NCBI GenBank assembly: GCA_008690995.1
Contig: VRMN01000001.1
Location: 3,224,001-3,288,000, forward strand
Direction: 5' to 3'
DNA from: Porphyridium purpureum
Lineage: Eukaryota
DNA length: 64,000 bases
In this document: one piece after another, positions 49,624 through 60,064 of the stretch
Layout: each line of letters begins with the position of its first letter
Position numbering within the stretch: the first letter of the stretch is position 1
Notes under the pieces: generated by a model
Told to the model about the DNA's origin: nothing
Databases searched by the model: none
Seen by the model: only the letters and a program-made list of their open reading frames with translations
Program-made: the position numbers and the translations under genes

Positions 49624-50976
49624 ATGGCGAGCTTCAGAAAGCCATGTGTGGTCGTGGGAGGCGGCGTGGCTGGCTTAACGTCTGCGCTGGCACTGCGGCG
49701 CGCCGGGTTCGGCGTGCGTGTGCTGGAAAGCGACGACTCGTTCAATGTGCGCCGCATGGGAGTGCCGATCTGGGGCGGCGCGTTGCACGTGCTTGACCGG
49801 CTCGGGCTAGGCGCGGAGATTCGCAAGCGCGCTGTGCCCATAACTCAGTGCGAGATCGCGTCGCTGACTAAAACGCTCAGTGTCAAGCAGAGGCTGTCGA
49901 AAGTGGTCGCGCGCTTCACGTTAGAAGAATATTCCCAGGGCAGCGCAGCCGACGCGTACGTCCTGGACCGTGCCGAACTACAGCAGATTTTGATGGATGC
50001 GCTGCCGTCTGGCACAGTGTGGCGCAACACGCGATTTGGCGGTATAGTTCGAGCGCCTGTGGGTGCGCCTGCGCAATCTCTGCAGCAGCTGCTGACCGTG
50101 CAGGTGCTGCTCAAGAATGTTCGCGAGCCCTTGCGCGTGGAGACGCCGTTGCTCGTGGGTGCGGACGGTAAGCGCTCGCTGGTGCGCGGACATATGGGCG
50201 TTGCGTCGACCTCGCAGATGCGGTATGCCGGATTCACGCAGTGGCAGGGCATGGTGGATCTCACGCGGCTCATTTTGGAGAATAGGATGACGCGCCAGCA
50301 GTGCTTGGAAACGTTCGAGTCGACGACAGCGCGCGAGATCTGGGGACAAGGCGGCCGCTTCGGTTACATGATGATGTGGCCGGGTATGCTTTACTGGTAC
50401 TGCACATGCAATGCACAAAGCAATGAAGTATTTCTGCGCCCGTTCAAGCCCAAACTGCTCGAGCGCTTCCGCGACTGGCCGCAAGAATGTATTGAGCTCA
50501 TCCAAGCATGCGACGAAGCGACTATTTTTCGCAACAATGCGTACAATTGGGCCAGCAGCGACTTACTGTCCCTGAGAGGTGAGCGCGAGATGATGCGCAT
50601 GCCAACTTTTCGCGGCCGCGCGGTGCTCGTTGGCAACGCCGGATACTCGTTCACGTACAATATGCACCAGCAAACCTGCCTTGCCATGGAGGACGCGTTT
50701 GCTCTCGCGCAGCTTCTCTCACAGTATGGACTCAAAGATAATATCGCGCTGCGTATCTACTCAGAAGATCGCATCATGCGGACGCGCGCGCATGGCCGGA
50801 GCGCGGCGCGGCTCGTCGGCATCGCGCGCTGGGAGTATCCCTTTTTGCTGCGTCTCCGTGACCGCATTCTCGACAAAGTGTCATCCCACGCACGGCTCCG
50901 AAAGTATCTTTCGCTGATTGGGTTTTTTGAAGCTGGGGACCTTCCGATCTCGCCGATATCACGGGAGGGTAAATGA
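49624..50976 (+). CDS. Group A FAD-dependent monooxygenase-like protein with degenerate GD motif
   Basis: VVGGGVAGL, DRAELQQIL and LVGADG are present; the third motif reads VLVGNAGYSFTYNMHQQTCLAMEDA. Confidence 0.88.
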   Translation: MASFRKPCVVVGGGVAGLTSALALRRAGFGVRVLESDDSFNVRRMGVPIWGGALHVLDRLGLGAEIRKRAVPITQCEIASLTKTLSVKQRLSKVVARFTLEEYSQGSAADAYVLDRAELQQILMDALPSGTVWRNTRFGGIVRAPVGAPAQSLQQLLTVQVLLKNVREPLRVETPLLVGADGKRSLVRGHMGVASTSQMRYAGFTQWQGMVDLTRLILENRMTRQQCLETFESTTAREIWGQGGRFGYMMMWPGMLYWYCTCNAQSNEVFLRPFKPKLLERFRDWPQECIELIQACDEATIFRNNAYNWASSDLLSLRGEREMMRMPTFRGRAVLVGNAGYSFTYNMHQQTCLAMEDAFALAQLLSQYGLKDNIALRIYSEDRIMRTRAHGRSAARLVGIARWEYPFLLRLRDRILDKVSSHARLRKYLSLIGFFEAGDLPISPISREGK

Positions 50977-51437
50977 GAAGCGCGCGGAAAAGTGTGAGCG
51001 TCGAAGCTCGTCTCGCGCAGTATCCCGCTGAATTCGCTCGTGACATCAGTGTCAGCTGGTCGCTATGATACTGTGCGCATCCAGCGCTAGATGTCGAGTG
51101 GCTTGGACCCTTCCGTGCACGTTCTTTCCTCGAGCGAATTCAGCGGACGCTTTGCCGTGGCAGATCTGTGCCTTCGAAAGCATGGGCTTCGGTAAGGTGG
51201 AAAGGCACCGAAACGCAAGACACGATTTCAAAAACAAAAAGAACAAACCAGGTGGACATAGAGCATATTCTAGCGATAGGTTGTGACTAACTTTGAAACT
51301 AAACTGTAAAATCATCAGCTCATGCCCCAGCCTGCTTCTGCAGGACTTTCTGAATGACTGTGTATACATAATTCTTCTTCATTGTGTTGTGCGTTTGAGC
51401 TCCATCAATGCATCAATGCACCAATCTTTACATAATT

Positions 51438-52928
51438 CTACTTACTGGCAACGGCATCTGCTTCCTGCTTCTTCGCTTCCGCGGCGGCGACCTCCGACGG
51501 GCTTGGCGGATCAACCCACACGCCGTCCTCTTTCAAGAGCTTGACAAGCTCCTCAACGCCGTTTAACTCATTGACAGTGCGCACCTCACTTCGGCCGCGA
51601 TACAACGAGATCTTCCCCGGGGTTTTACCGACGTATCCGTAATCCGCGTCCGCCATCTCACCGGGCCCATTGACGATGCATCCCATCACGGCAATACTGA
51701 GGGATGGCATGTGCTTTGTCGCTTCACGTACCTCATGCAGTACGGTCTCAAGATTAAACAGCGTTCGGCCGCACGACGGGCATGCGACGTACTCAACCAT
51801 GGTGCGACGCAAGCCAAGGCCTTGTAGGATGCCGTAGCACACCGGAATCTCCTTGATGGGATCCTCGGTCAGCGACACGCGGATCGTGTCGCCCAGCCCG
51901 TCGGCCAGGAGCGTTCCGATACCCAGTGTGGACTTGATACGACCGTACTCGCCATCGCCCGCCTCGGTCACGCCCAGGTGGAGTGGGTAATCGTAGCCGA
52001 GCGCGTCCATGCGCGCCGCCAACATACGATACGCCGCAAGCATCACTGGCACTTTGCTTGCCTTCATCGAGATCACGAGGTTGTGAAAATTCAGCTCGCG
52101 GCACACGTCAATGACCTCAATGGCCGACTCGACCATACCCTCCGGCGTGTCTCCGTACGTGAAGAGCATGCGCTCTGATAGCGAGCCGTGGTTCACACCG
52201 ATGCGCATCGCCTTGTTCTGGTCACGAAGCGACACGACCAGGGGTTCGAGCTGTGTCTTGAGCTTTTGCTTGGCCACGTCAAAGTCTTCTTTCGTGTACT
52301 CGACGCGGTTCGGGTCCGGTTTCTCAAACACATACAATCCCGGATTAATGCGCACTTTCTCAATGTGCTTGGCCACCTCGAGCGCAATCTTCATGCCGTT
52401 GTGGTGCACGTCCGCTACCAGGGGAACGTCCTTGTACTCTTCGCGCAAACGGTCCTTGATGTACCCGAGCGCAAACGCGTGGGCCATGCTGGGCACCGTG
52501 ACGCGCACAATCTCACAGCCCGCCTCGTGCAGCGCGCGGATAGAGCGAACCGATCCGTCAATGTCGAGCGTATCCTCATTGATCATACTCTGCACGACCA
52601 CGGGGCTTGTGCCGCCGATAAACACGTCGCCGACCTGCACCGCGCGCGTGGCGCGTCGCTGGATCGCGCCGGTCATCTTCATCATTTCACGCACGCCCGC
52701 CTGATCCTTCAATGCCGACTTATCCTTCATCAACGCGGCCGCGGCCTCCTTATCCTTCACCGCCCACTCGGCGCCGGTCTGCGGGCGCGCAGGCCCATCG
52801 TGCATCACCAGCTGCGCTCCTCGCGCACAGCTCACGCGAGGCCCGCGTCCCGCGCGCCGCACACACACACCCCCATCCTTCTTGCCCACACCGGACGCTG
52901 TTCCTACCACCACAAAGCCCAGAACCAT
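51438..52928 (-). CDS. ispG: (E)-4-hydroxy-3-methylbut-2-enyl-diphosphate synthase, two-domain cyanobacterial type, with plastid transit peptide
   Basis: [53 protein letters not shown] and [14 protein letters not shown] at 52928. Confidence 0.97.
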   Translation of the reverse strand: MVLGFVVVGTASGVGKKDGGVCVRRAGRGPRVSCARGAQLVMHDGPARPQTGAEWAVKDKEAAAALMKDKSALKDQAGVREMMKMTGAIQRRATRAVQVGDVFIGGTSPVVVQSMINEDTLDIDGSVRSIRALHEAGCEIVRVTVPSMAHAFALGYIKDRLREEYKDVPLVADVHHNGMKIALEVAKHIEKVRINPGLYVFEKPDPNRVEYTKEDFDVAKQKLKTQLEPLVVSLRDQNKAMRIGVNHGSLSERMLFTYGDTPEGMVESAIEVIDVCRELNFHNLVISMKASKVPVMLAAYRMLAARMDALGYDYPLHLGVTEAGDGEYGRIKSTLGIGTLLADGLGDTIRVSLTEDPIKEIPVCYGILQGLGLRRTMVEYVACPSCGRTLFNLETVLHEVREATKHMPSLSIAVMGCIVNGPGEMADADYGYVGKTPGKISLYRGRSEVRTVNELNGVEELVKLLKEDGVWVDPPSPSEVAAAEAKKQEADAVASK

Positions 52929-52947
52929 TCTTACCCCAATCCCCAAT

Positions 52948-53011
52948 CCTCTCCCTCTCTCTCCCCTTCACTCTCTTTCTCTCCCTCTCTCCCTCTCTCC
53001 CTCTCCCTCCC
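52948..53011. repeat. Imperfect (CT)n / GA-rich microsatellite directly upstream of ispG
   Basis: cctctccctctctctccccttcactctctttctctccctctctccctctctccctctccctccc read directly. Confidence 0.85.
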
Positions 53012-53318
53012 TATCGTTTACTCTCTCCAACCATCACGTCTTCTTCTTCTCCACCCGCACACGGCCAATCTGCGGTTCGACCACTGACATACAAAAGACG
53101 CAGGGACAGAGGTACACTTCCGATGATTCTGTATGAACGCGCGTTATTTTAATAAGGGGCGTCAATGCCGCGAACTGTACTTGCAGCGTGCAGTCGACTT
53201 CATCTTGTGGCAGGAGAAAATGCGCTTCGTCACCGCAGCATTGACGCGCGTGTGTGGGTGTGTGTGCCGCGCATGGACAGGACGGCGGGATGACGTGACG
53301 GCGTCGAGTTACACATTT

Positions 53319-54419
53319 TCAGGAGCCGTGCGGCGAATCGTCGTGTCGCGCTTTCTTGCGTGCTGGCGACGAGTCGCGGCGCGCAGTACTGCTGTCATCA
53401 CCGGCCTCGCTCCCAGTCGAGTGGCCGCTGTTCGCGCCGGAATCCGCGCGTCGGCTCTGCGTTGTGTTGGGCCTTGCGTGTGATGCAACTTGTGCGGCCT
53501 CTGAACTTGCGGCCCTTGCGCCCACATTGCCCAGATGTAGCCCCGCGTCTCCCCACATTTGGCTGAGCGTTTCAACCTCGCGCTGGGCGATGGCGTGGAT
53601 GCGGTGCTGCAAGGCGCGCATACCACACACAATCACCCACGATTTCGCCGCATTGTTCTCTTGCAAAGCGAGCTGGTGTCTAGCTTCCTCTGAGTCTTCC
53701 GCTTCTGCGTAAGATGTGCCCCCCGTAATCGACATGTCTTTCGAATGGAGCTGACCGCCAAGCTCAAGGCGCTTCATAAAGAAGAGGGCCTTTCGAGGGA
53801 GCATGCTCTCCGGTGCGCTCACGAAAAGGCCCACGAGCAGCGGCGTGACTGGATACATGTGTTCCTGTGCACCTTTAATCACTTTGGTACGGCTGCGAAA
53901 CCGTATCGCAAACCGTGGAGAAATGGGACAGGACGTAAAATCAAGCAGAGCCACCAAATCAAAATTGAGCGCGCAGCGAGAACCATTTGGACGCAGAATG
54001 GCCCCACAGAGCAGGACATGTAACGCCAGCTCGGATGCCGGCGTTCCTAGTTCACGACTCAGGTCCATGCCTTCGGGGAGCCGCGCCCATACTGTGTATT
54101 GGTGATAATATCCAAATCTGTCGATGACCACATTGTCACTCCATAGAATGCGAGGATCGTTCTGGGCGACCGCGACCTCGAGCGGCCTGTAAATGGATGC
54201 CATGGCGTCCCGAACGAGATCCACGTCGTCCTCGTACAGCAGATTCGTTCTGTCCGTGACCCCAGCTTCATGTCCGAACTGTTCCGCAAGCTCGGGATGC
54301 ACACTCTCGACATACTCCTTCAATGATCCGAGCCCGAGCGAACGCACATCTGTTCCTCGAATCTCAGTCATACACGGCGGCGCGCACTCGCATGCCCACG
54401 CACTCGGACACGAAGACAT
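53319..54419 (-). CDS. Uncharacterised protein, 366 aa; possibly the 3' part of a longer disrupted ORF
   Basis: Long ORF with globular composition. The same frame continues upstream beyond a TGA at 54429-54431. Confidence 0.6.
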   Translation of the reverse strand: MSSCPSAWACECAPPCMTEIRGTDVRSLGLGSLKEYVESVHPELAEQFGHEAGVTDRTNLLYEDDVDLVRDAMASIYRPLEVAVAQNDPRILWSDNVVIDRFGYYHQYTVWARLPEGMDLSRELGTPASELALHVLLCGAILRPNGSRCALNFDLVALLDFTSCPISPRFAIRFRSRTKVIKGAQEHMYPVTPLLVGLFVSAPESMLPRKALFFMKRLELGGQLHSKDMSITGGTSYAEAEDSEEARHQLALQENNAAKSWVIVCGMRALQHRIHAIAQREVETLSQMWGDAGLHLGNVGARAASSEAAQVASHARPNTTQSRRADSGANSGHSTGSEAGDDSSTARRDSSPARKKARHDDSPHGS

Positions 54420-56188
54420 TTTGCGCGTTCACCCTGCCTTCATCCATCGCGTCGTGGTCGTCTGTGGTCCGGACGAATACGTCAACTTATATTCCACGCG
54501 CATGAAGATTCCGTGCGAAAGGGAAACACGGTTCCTTACAGATACCCGGAGAAGGTCTGCAGCCGTCGACATGCGCGTTTCACCCATAATGTCCCCGAGA
54601 CTTTTTACGTGCGGTTGACGTGATTTGATTGTAGTTTCTATCAAATCAAGCTGTTTTACTATACATTCAATTGCCGAACCGATACACCTCAGCGTCGGTG
54701 CTGTGGAAGCGGTTCATCGACACCCGTTCATTCTATGACGGTCGTTGAGCACGGCGAGTGGAGAAGAGCGCTCTACAAGTCATGGCGATACTCTCGATTC
54801 TAGAGTTTCATCGAGATGAAGATGAGTAGAGCGTAAACTCTTTGTGCGCTCCGGAAGTTTTCGCTTCAGGAAAGACCGCGCTGGTGCGGAACACTTGCCA
54901 TGCGCTGTCTGTTGCCGAAGCCCCAGTTTCGGTAACGTTGCCATGATGTCACCTTTTGGTTTTCAAGGCGGCATGTCTCCCTTTCTTCGTCTGCATATTT
55001 CTATGTTGTCTCACATCTCGCATTTGGTTGTACACGCTCGAGACCTCAAGCTCGTCCTCTGAGGGCTGGAGTAGCGTCTCGGTCTGCTGCTTCGCCTCGT
55101 GCACAGTCTGCTTGAGCGTTGCATTCCCGCATGCTTCTGCCAATTCCTTCAGTCCAGCGTCTCTTGAGTTTTAGAGATTATTTATTGTTTTGTTTACCCG
55201 TTGCTTCACTCAGCTTTTATTCAAGGCATGCTAATCGCGTGCTCCTATTCCATTCGTATCTGCATGGTGTTTCAATTTCACCACGCTGCCTTTCCCAGAA
55301 TTTTCTCTTGATGTGCCTCAGTTTTGCTGGCGAAGAAACTGACGGTAATTTCGCTGGGACTTTTGAGCGACGAGCCAGTTTGTTGTCCGACCTTGATACA
55401 GAAAGAGGAAGGCGCGTAGTGGCGTGGAATAGGCATGATCGTGTGGTAAGGATCACTGAGGAAGTTACTAACGTAGCCGAGCCTTACCTTTTTCCCGTTC
55501 ACATGGGCGCCTGCGCATCGACTATGCAGGTAGACGAGGAGAAAACAGGTGCTGCTGGGCAGCCGATCTCGCCCATGAGTGAGCCGTTGGCAGGAATTTC
55601 GCCGGGAGAAGCCTGTGATTCCGCGCCGCCGTTGTCACGGAAAGCTTCGTCCGCGGGAGCGGCTAGGTCACGCCCTGTGCGCTTACGAAACGAAGACGGC
55701 GTGAAGTTCTGAGTTTTGCGTTTACCACAACATGATATCGTGCCTGCATCTGGCTGCCGCCTCACGTCGCATTGCAGACGAGGCCAGCGATGGGGATTTG
55801 TATTTCTCTGGCTTGTCCACTTTCACATGGTGCGAGACGCTGCTCGATTCGAACGAGTTCAGCTCGGAGGTACAGCGTATTCACACCAGAAAAATGACGA
55901 CGTGCGAGCTTTCTATGATAAATTGATGACTGGCTTGGGCGCAGCGTGAATGATGGCTTTGCAAACAACATGAACTTGATAAACCCAGCTCACGCCGCAC
56001 ATAAAAGATCGGTGTGAGCCGCGCTCGCAGCAGTGGTGCGCCTCGATTTCTCACGAGACGTCATGAACCCAGCCGCGTCACTAGTCATCTGCGTGTCGAG
56101 GATCGCTGGCGAGTTGTAGACCTCTTTCTTGCGAGGAAGATTCGAAGTGTGGACAGGCACTCGCTGCGGCCCGACGCGCTCGGCAACC

Positions 56189-57520
56189 ATGGCGAAACGA
56201 ATGCTGGTCGTCGAGCAAGCCGAGCTGCACCTAGAAAATTTGCCGTTGCCGCTGTACTCCCTGACAGTGTCGCCGCTGGCGGGACTCGTGTGCCGGGTCC
56301 AGATGGGGGCGCATGTGTCAGGCTCGGTGAATGGCGCAGAGGATTCAGCTAGTGACCTGGACAAGAACGAAAAGTCGCCCGGTGAGGATGAGGGAGGAAG
56401 CGCTGATGATCTTGCTTGTGTGCTTGCTTTGAGCGGCCGGGATATTGTGGAAACCACCGCTGACAGACCGTCCAGCGTGAGTGGTATCGAACTTCATGTG
56501 ACCGAGCCGACGCGCCGCACGGCCATGCCCAAGTGGAATGAGACGTTTGAGGTGGTGCGCGAATGGCAAGACCGGATCCCGGTGTTTGTGGCTCTCGCCT
56601 GTGCGATTTTGACCCGAAGTCTGCCAAGATTTGTCGAAATATGCACAATGCAAGTGACAGTGGGTGACTTGGTCGCTGCAGCGGCCACTCGTAAGCCGTT
56701 CCAGCTCCCAAACAACGTGGGGTCATTGAGGGTCTTCATCGTTGATGACTTCGTCTCTGCACAGGCTTCGACAGACTTGGGTCAACTGGTGCTGGGTAGA
56801 CGAAACCGATACTGGATTTGTTACAACCACGTGGTGAAACGCGGTATTGTGCAGGTCTATCGCACCTTCCGTGTCGAGCTGAACTCGAAAAACGTCATGG
56901 AAACGTTTGGAAGCACGCGACAACATTGGAATACAGAATACGAAGCCGCGCAACGCATTTATAGCAAGACGCCAGAAGGTTTGCTGGCACGGAGCATGCT
57001 GCGGACAGCGCACCTCCGCTATTACAACCAGTCGCGCGTGCGTACCGAAATTGGGTCGTTTGGCGACGGCGCTCAAATCTTTTCGGTTGTTGCTGAGCAC
57101 ACCATGTACACCTACGTGATAACTGACTCGCAACGACCGGACGATGCACGCATCAAAATCGGGACTAGTCGCCATGCCGAAGGCGAATTCTTTCTGGTCT
57201 TTTCCGAAACAGGCGCCTCGTTCATGCAGGACATGCGCTCCAAGCACGCGCCCCATGCAAACGCGCAAGAGCAGGTCGTGTACAGCGGTGAAGTCTTTTT
57301 CATGCGCTGCGGAGAGGATGAGCACGGCAAGTTGCGAATGGTTTTTGACAATAACTCGGGAACATTCGCTCCGGACGCCGGCTTGTTGCCCAAGCTTCGG
57401 CTTTTGCTTGAGAAGACCTTTTGCGGCGGGTCTAGTCAGCGCGGACTTGTAGAATTCGTGACGCTTGACCGCCAATCCGAGCAACTCCTGGAACTCAAGA
57501 AGCAGGCTGGGATCTTATGA
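56189..57520 (+). CDS. Protein with a divergent C2-like N-terminal domain and a conserved-looking uncharacterised C-terminal domain
   Basis: RRTAMPKWNETFEV is C2-like. The C-terminus has SKHAPHAN..VYSGEVF..VFDNNSGTFAPD. Confidence 0.7.
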   Translation: MAKRMLVVEQAELHLENLPLPLYSLTVSPLAGLVCRVQMGAHVSGSVNGAEDSASDLDKNEKSPGEDEGGSADDLACVLALSGRDIVETTADRPSSVSGIELHVTEPTRRTAMPKWNETFEVVREWQDRIPVFVALACAILTRSLPRFVEICTMQVTVGDLVAAAATRKPFQLPNNVGSLRVFIVDDFVSAQASTDLGQLVLGRRNRYWICYNHVVKRGIVQVYRTFRVELNSKNVMETFGSTRQHWNTEYEAAQRIYSKTPEGLLARSMLRTAHLRYYNQSRVRTEIGSFGDGAQIFSVVAEHTMYTYVITDSQRPDDARIKIGTSRHAEGEFFLVFSETGASFMQDMRSKHAPHANAQEQVVYSGEVFFMRCGEDEHGKLRMVFDNNSGTFAPDAGLLPKLRLLLEKTFCGGSSQRGLVEFVTLDRQSEQLLELKKQAGIL

Positions 57521-58223
57521 TTGTCACTGGCATGGAATACGTCGGCGAGCATAGTCACCGGAAAAGGCCGCACGTTCTTCTTGTCACTGACCAGTCAAGT
57601 CACACACACGTACGTTCCGGGTGGCTCGAATTTTGATTGTTCAATAGCTTCCTCCCTCACAAGTTCTTTTTTCTCTGAACTAGAATCTACGCGCTGCGCT
57701 GTTTGTTGGGAAGCAGAGTCCTCACCGACAATGATAGTATCATGATGGCTGTCGTCGTTGCGCAGAGGCGCCGCTTCGTCCGGTCCGCGAGAAACCCTGC
57801 CCAGTTTCCGAGGGAATGACATTAGATTGCGCACTGAAACTAGAATGACCACTCGATTGATGTCTTGCCCTCCTATTAGCCACGCTTGTTGAGAAGGCAA
57901 GAGTTTCGGACGCCCACCCGAAGACCGCCAAAAGCGAGCGCAAAGCCAGCGCAAAGCGAGCCTGCGCTGTGTGTCTCGGTGTCCCGAGCGGAGCTGGGAG
58001 CGCGGCCACCTTGGCTTGGCATGCGACTGTACCGCCTGCTGAACATGTAACGGCAAGACCTGCCACTGTACCTCGGCCTGACCCGCACACACTTTCCAGT
58101 AAACCGGGCTGCTTTGATATGAAATGGCACGTGTCAGTCAGAACGAGCGTGTGGCATAGGAAAGACGAGGCGAGACGGGCAGCCAAGTGCGCGACAGCAG
58201 CGTGGTTGGGTAGGGGTAGGTGG

Positions 58224-58225
<2 letters not shown>

Positions 58226-58250
<25 letters not shown>
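58226..58250. repeat. (TG)n(AG)n microsatellite upstream of the PH-kinase
   Basis: gtgtgtgagagagagagagagagga read directly. Confidence 0.85.
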
Positions 58251-58256
<6 letters not shown>

Positions 58257-58436
58257 GCGACGTGCGGCGGTGGTTCGTGGTCTATGCAGTGCGTGCGCGA
58301 GCGAGCAAGCAAGCGCCTCGGCTGGAAAGCGGCGGAGTGCCTGGCACCGCACGGCGTGCGCGGGTTCTTGCGTCGGTCGATTTGGACGTGCCGGTGAGTG
58401 CCTGGTTATCGCGCGCGCGCGCACCGGGCCGGGGAA

Positions 58437-59744
58437 ATGGATTTGAAGGCGCTGTCGAGGAGCCGGACAATCCGGCTTGGACAGCGAACAAATCTGGAAG
58501 TGAAGAAGGAGGGCTACTTAAACAAGCGCGGCCAGCGATTGTCGATGATCAAGCACCGGAGGTACTTTCGCTTGGACGGAACGCATCTCACCAATTTCAA
58601 GGATGCGGCGGACACGACGCCATCGTGGGACTACAGCTTGCTCAAGTGCTCAGTCGAGCCGGGCGAGAACAAGACGGACCTCGTGATCCGCTTACCCAAT
58701 CGCGTGCTCGAGCTCTCAGCCGAAAACGAGGCAGACGCGCGCGAGTGGATTGACAAGTTTACCAAGGCGAGCAACATGTACATTGAAAACTTTTACGAAT
58801 TCGGCGAGATTCTCGGCAAAGGACAGTTTGGCGTCGTCATGGGGGCGACAGACATAGAAACTAGGGAGCGCGTGGCGATCAAGGTGCTGAAGAAGAAACA
58901 CATGGACGAAGAGGATTACAAGTATCTGAAGCGCGAAATCGATATTGTGACCAAAGTGAATCACCCGAGCGTGGTCATCACGCGTGAGGTGTTTGAGACT
59001 GAAGAGCAAATCATGATCGTCATGGAGTACTTGGGTGGTGGCATGCTGTACGATATCATCGCTGATCGCGGCACGCTCACCGAGCAGGAGGCTAGCTACG
59101 TCATGTTGGAGATTCTTGAGGGTGTTGAGTACTTGCACAGCCTTGGAATTGTGCATCGCGACCTGAAGCCTGAGAACATGCTGTGTGTGCGGCGCGCGAT
59201 GTGGCCGTGGCGTGTCAAGCTGTGTGACTTTGGGCTGGCAAATTTTGTGGAGGAACGCACTTCTCTCATGCAAACACAAGTAGGTACGCCGTACTTTGCG
59301 GCGCCAGAGGTAGTCAAAGGTCTCCAATATGACTCCTCGGTGGACCTATGGTCGTGCGGTGTGATTTTATATACACTGTTGTCCGGTATGTTTCCGTTTG
59401 ACGACCAGGAGAACCAGGCCAACATTTTTAAGCTCATTGTGAAGGCACAGGTCAAATTTCCGGATGCGCAGTGGAGCGATATCTCAACTGAAGCCAAAGA
59501 CCTCGTGTTTAAGCTCCTACAAAAAGACCCGACGAAGCGGTTGTCTGCCACCTCGGCGAAGCAGCACCCGTGGATTGTGTCGGGTGGTCCAAAGACAAAG
59601 AGTATTATCCGAAACGATATGAGCATGGTGCATATGTCCATGCGTAACTTCAAGGAGGCAGCGAAGGAACGGCCAGAACTGCTACGTCCACAGGCATCCG
59701 AGCTTGTCGAATCAGAATCGACAGCTAATGTAGGTGCCTTGTAA
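58437..59744 (+). CDS. PH domain plus CAMK-group Ser/Thr protein kinase
   Basis: PH domain: KEGYLNKRG..RRYFRL..LSAENEADAREWI. Kinase: LGKGQFG, VAIK, HRDLKPEN, DFG, GTPYFAAPE, DLWSCG. Confidence 0.95.
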   Translation: MDLKALSRSRTIRLGQRTNLEVKKEGYLNKRGQRLSMIKHRRYFRLDGTHLTNFKDAADTTPSWDYSLLKCSVEPGENKTDLVIRLPNRVLELSAENEADAREWIDKFTKASNMYIENFYEFGEILGKGQFGVVMGATDIETRERVAIKVLKKKHMDEEDYKYLKREIDIVTKVNHPSVVITREVFETEEQIMIVMEYLGGGMLYDIIADRGTLTEQEASYVMLEILEGVEYLHSLGIVHRDLKPENMLCVRRAMWPWRVKLCDFGLANFVEERTSLMQTQVGTPYFAAPEVVKGLQYDSSVDLWSCGVILYTLLSGMFPFDDQENQANIFKLIVKAQVKFPDAQWSDISTEAKDLVFKLLQKDPTKRLSATSAKQHPWIVSGGPKTKSIIRNDMSMVHMSMRNFKEAAKERPELLRPQASELVESESTANVGAL

Positions 59745-60064
59745 GGAGTCACGCAGTCAGACGTTTTCGCTCTTTTGATTAACATAAAAGTTGACTTCCA
59801 CGCCGCGGAAGGGCGCAAGTAAATTGCTATCTACGTAAATGTCCATACATACTTCGTGCGCCTGCCACGGGCCGGAACCTTGACCAGTACCACATAAAGT
59901 GTCTGTCCCGGTAGTTGCCGACTTTCTGGCTTGCATAATAGGTGAGATCAACTGACTGCCACGGAAAAGAATGAAAAGCTATCGAGCCAATCAGACATGC
60001 GCGCCATCCTCATGTAGCGCAGCAGCAAAAGGGTTGGTGCTCAGGTCGCCGACCACGCCCGTCG

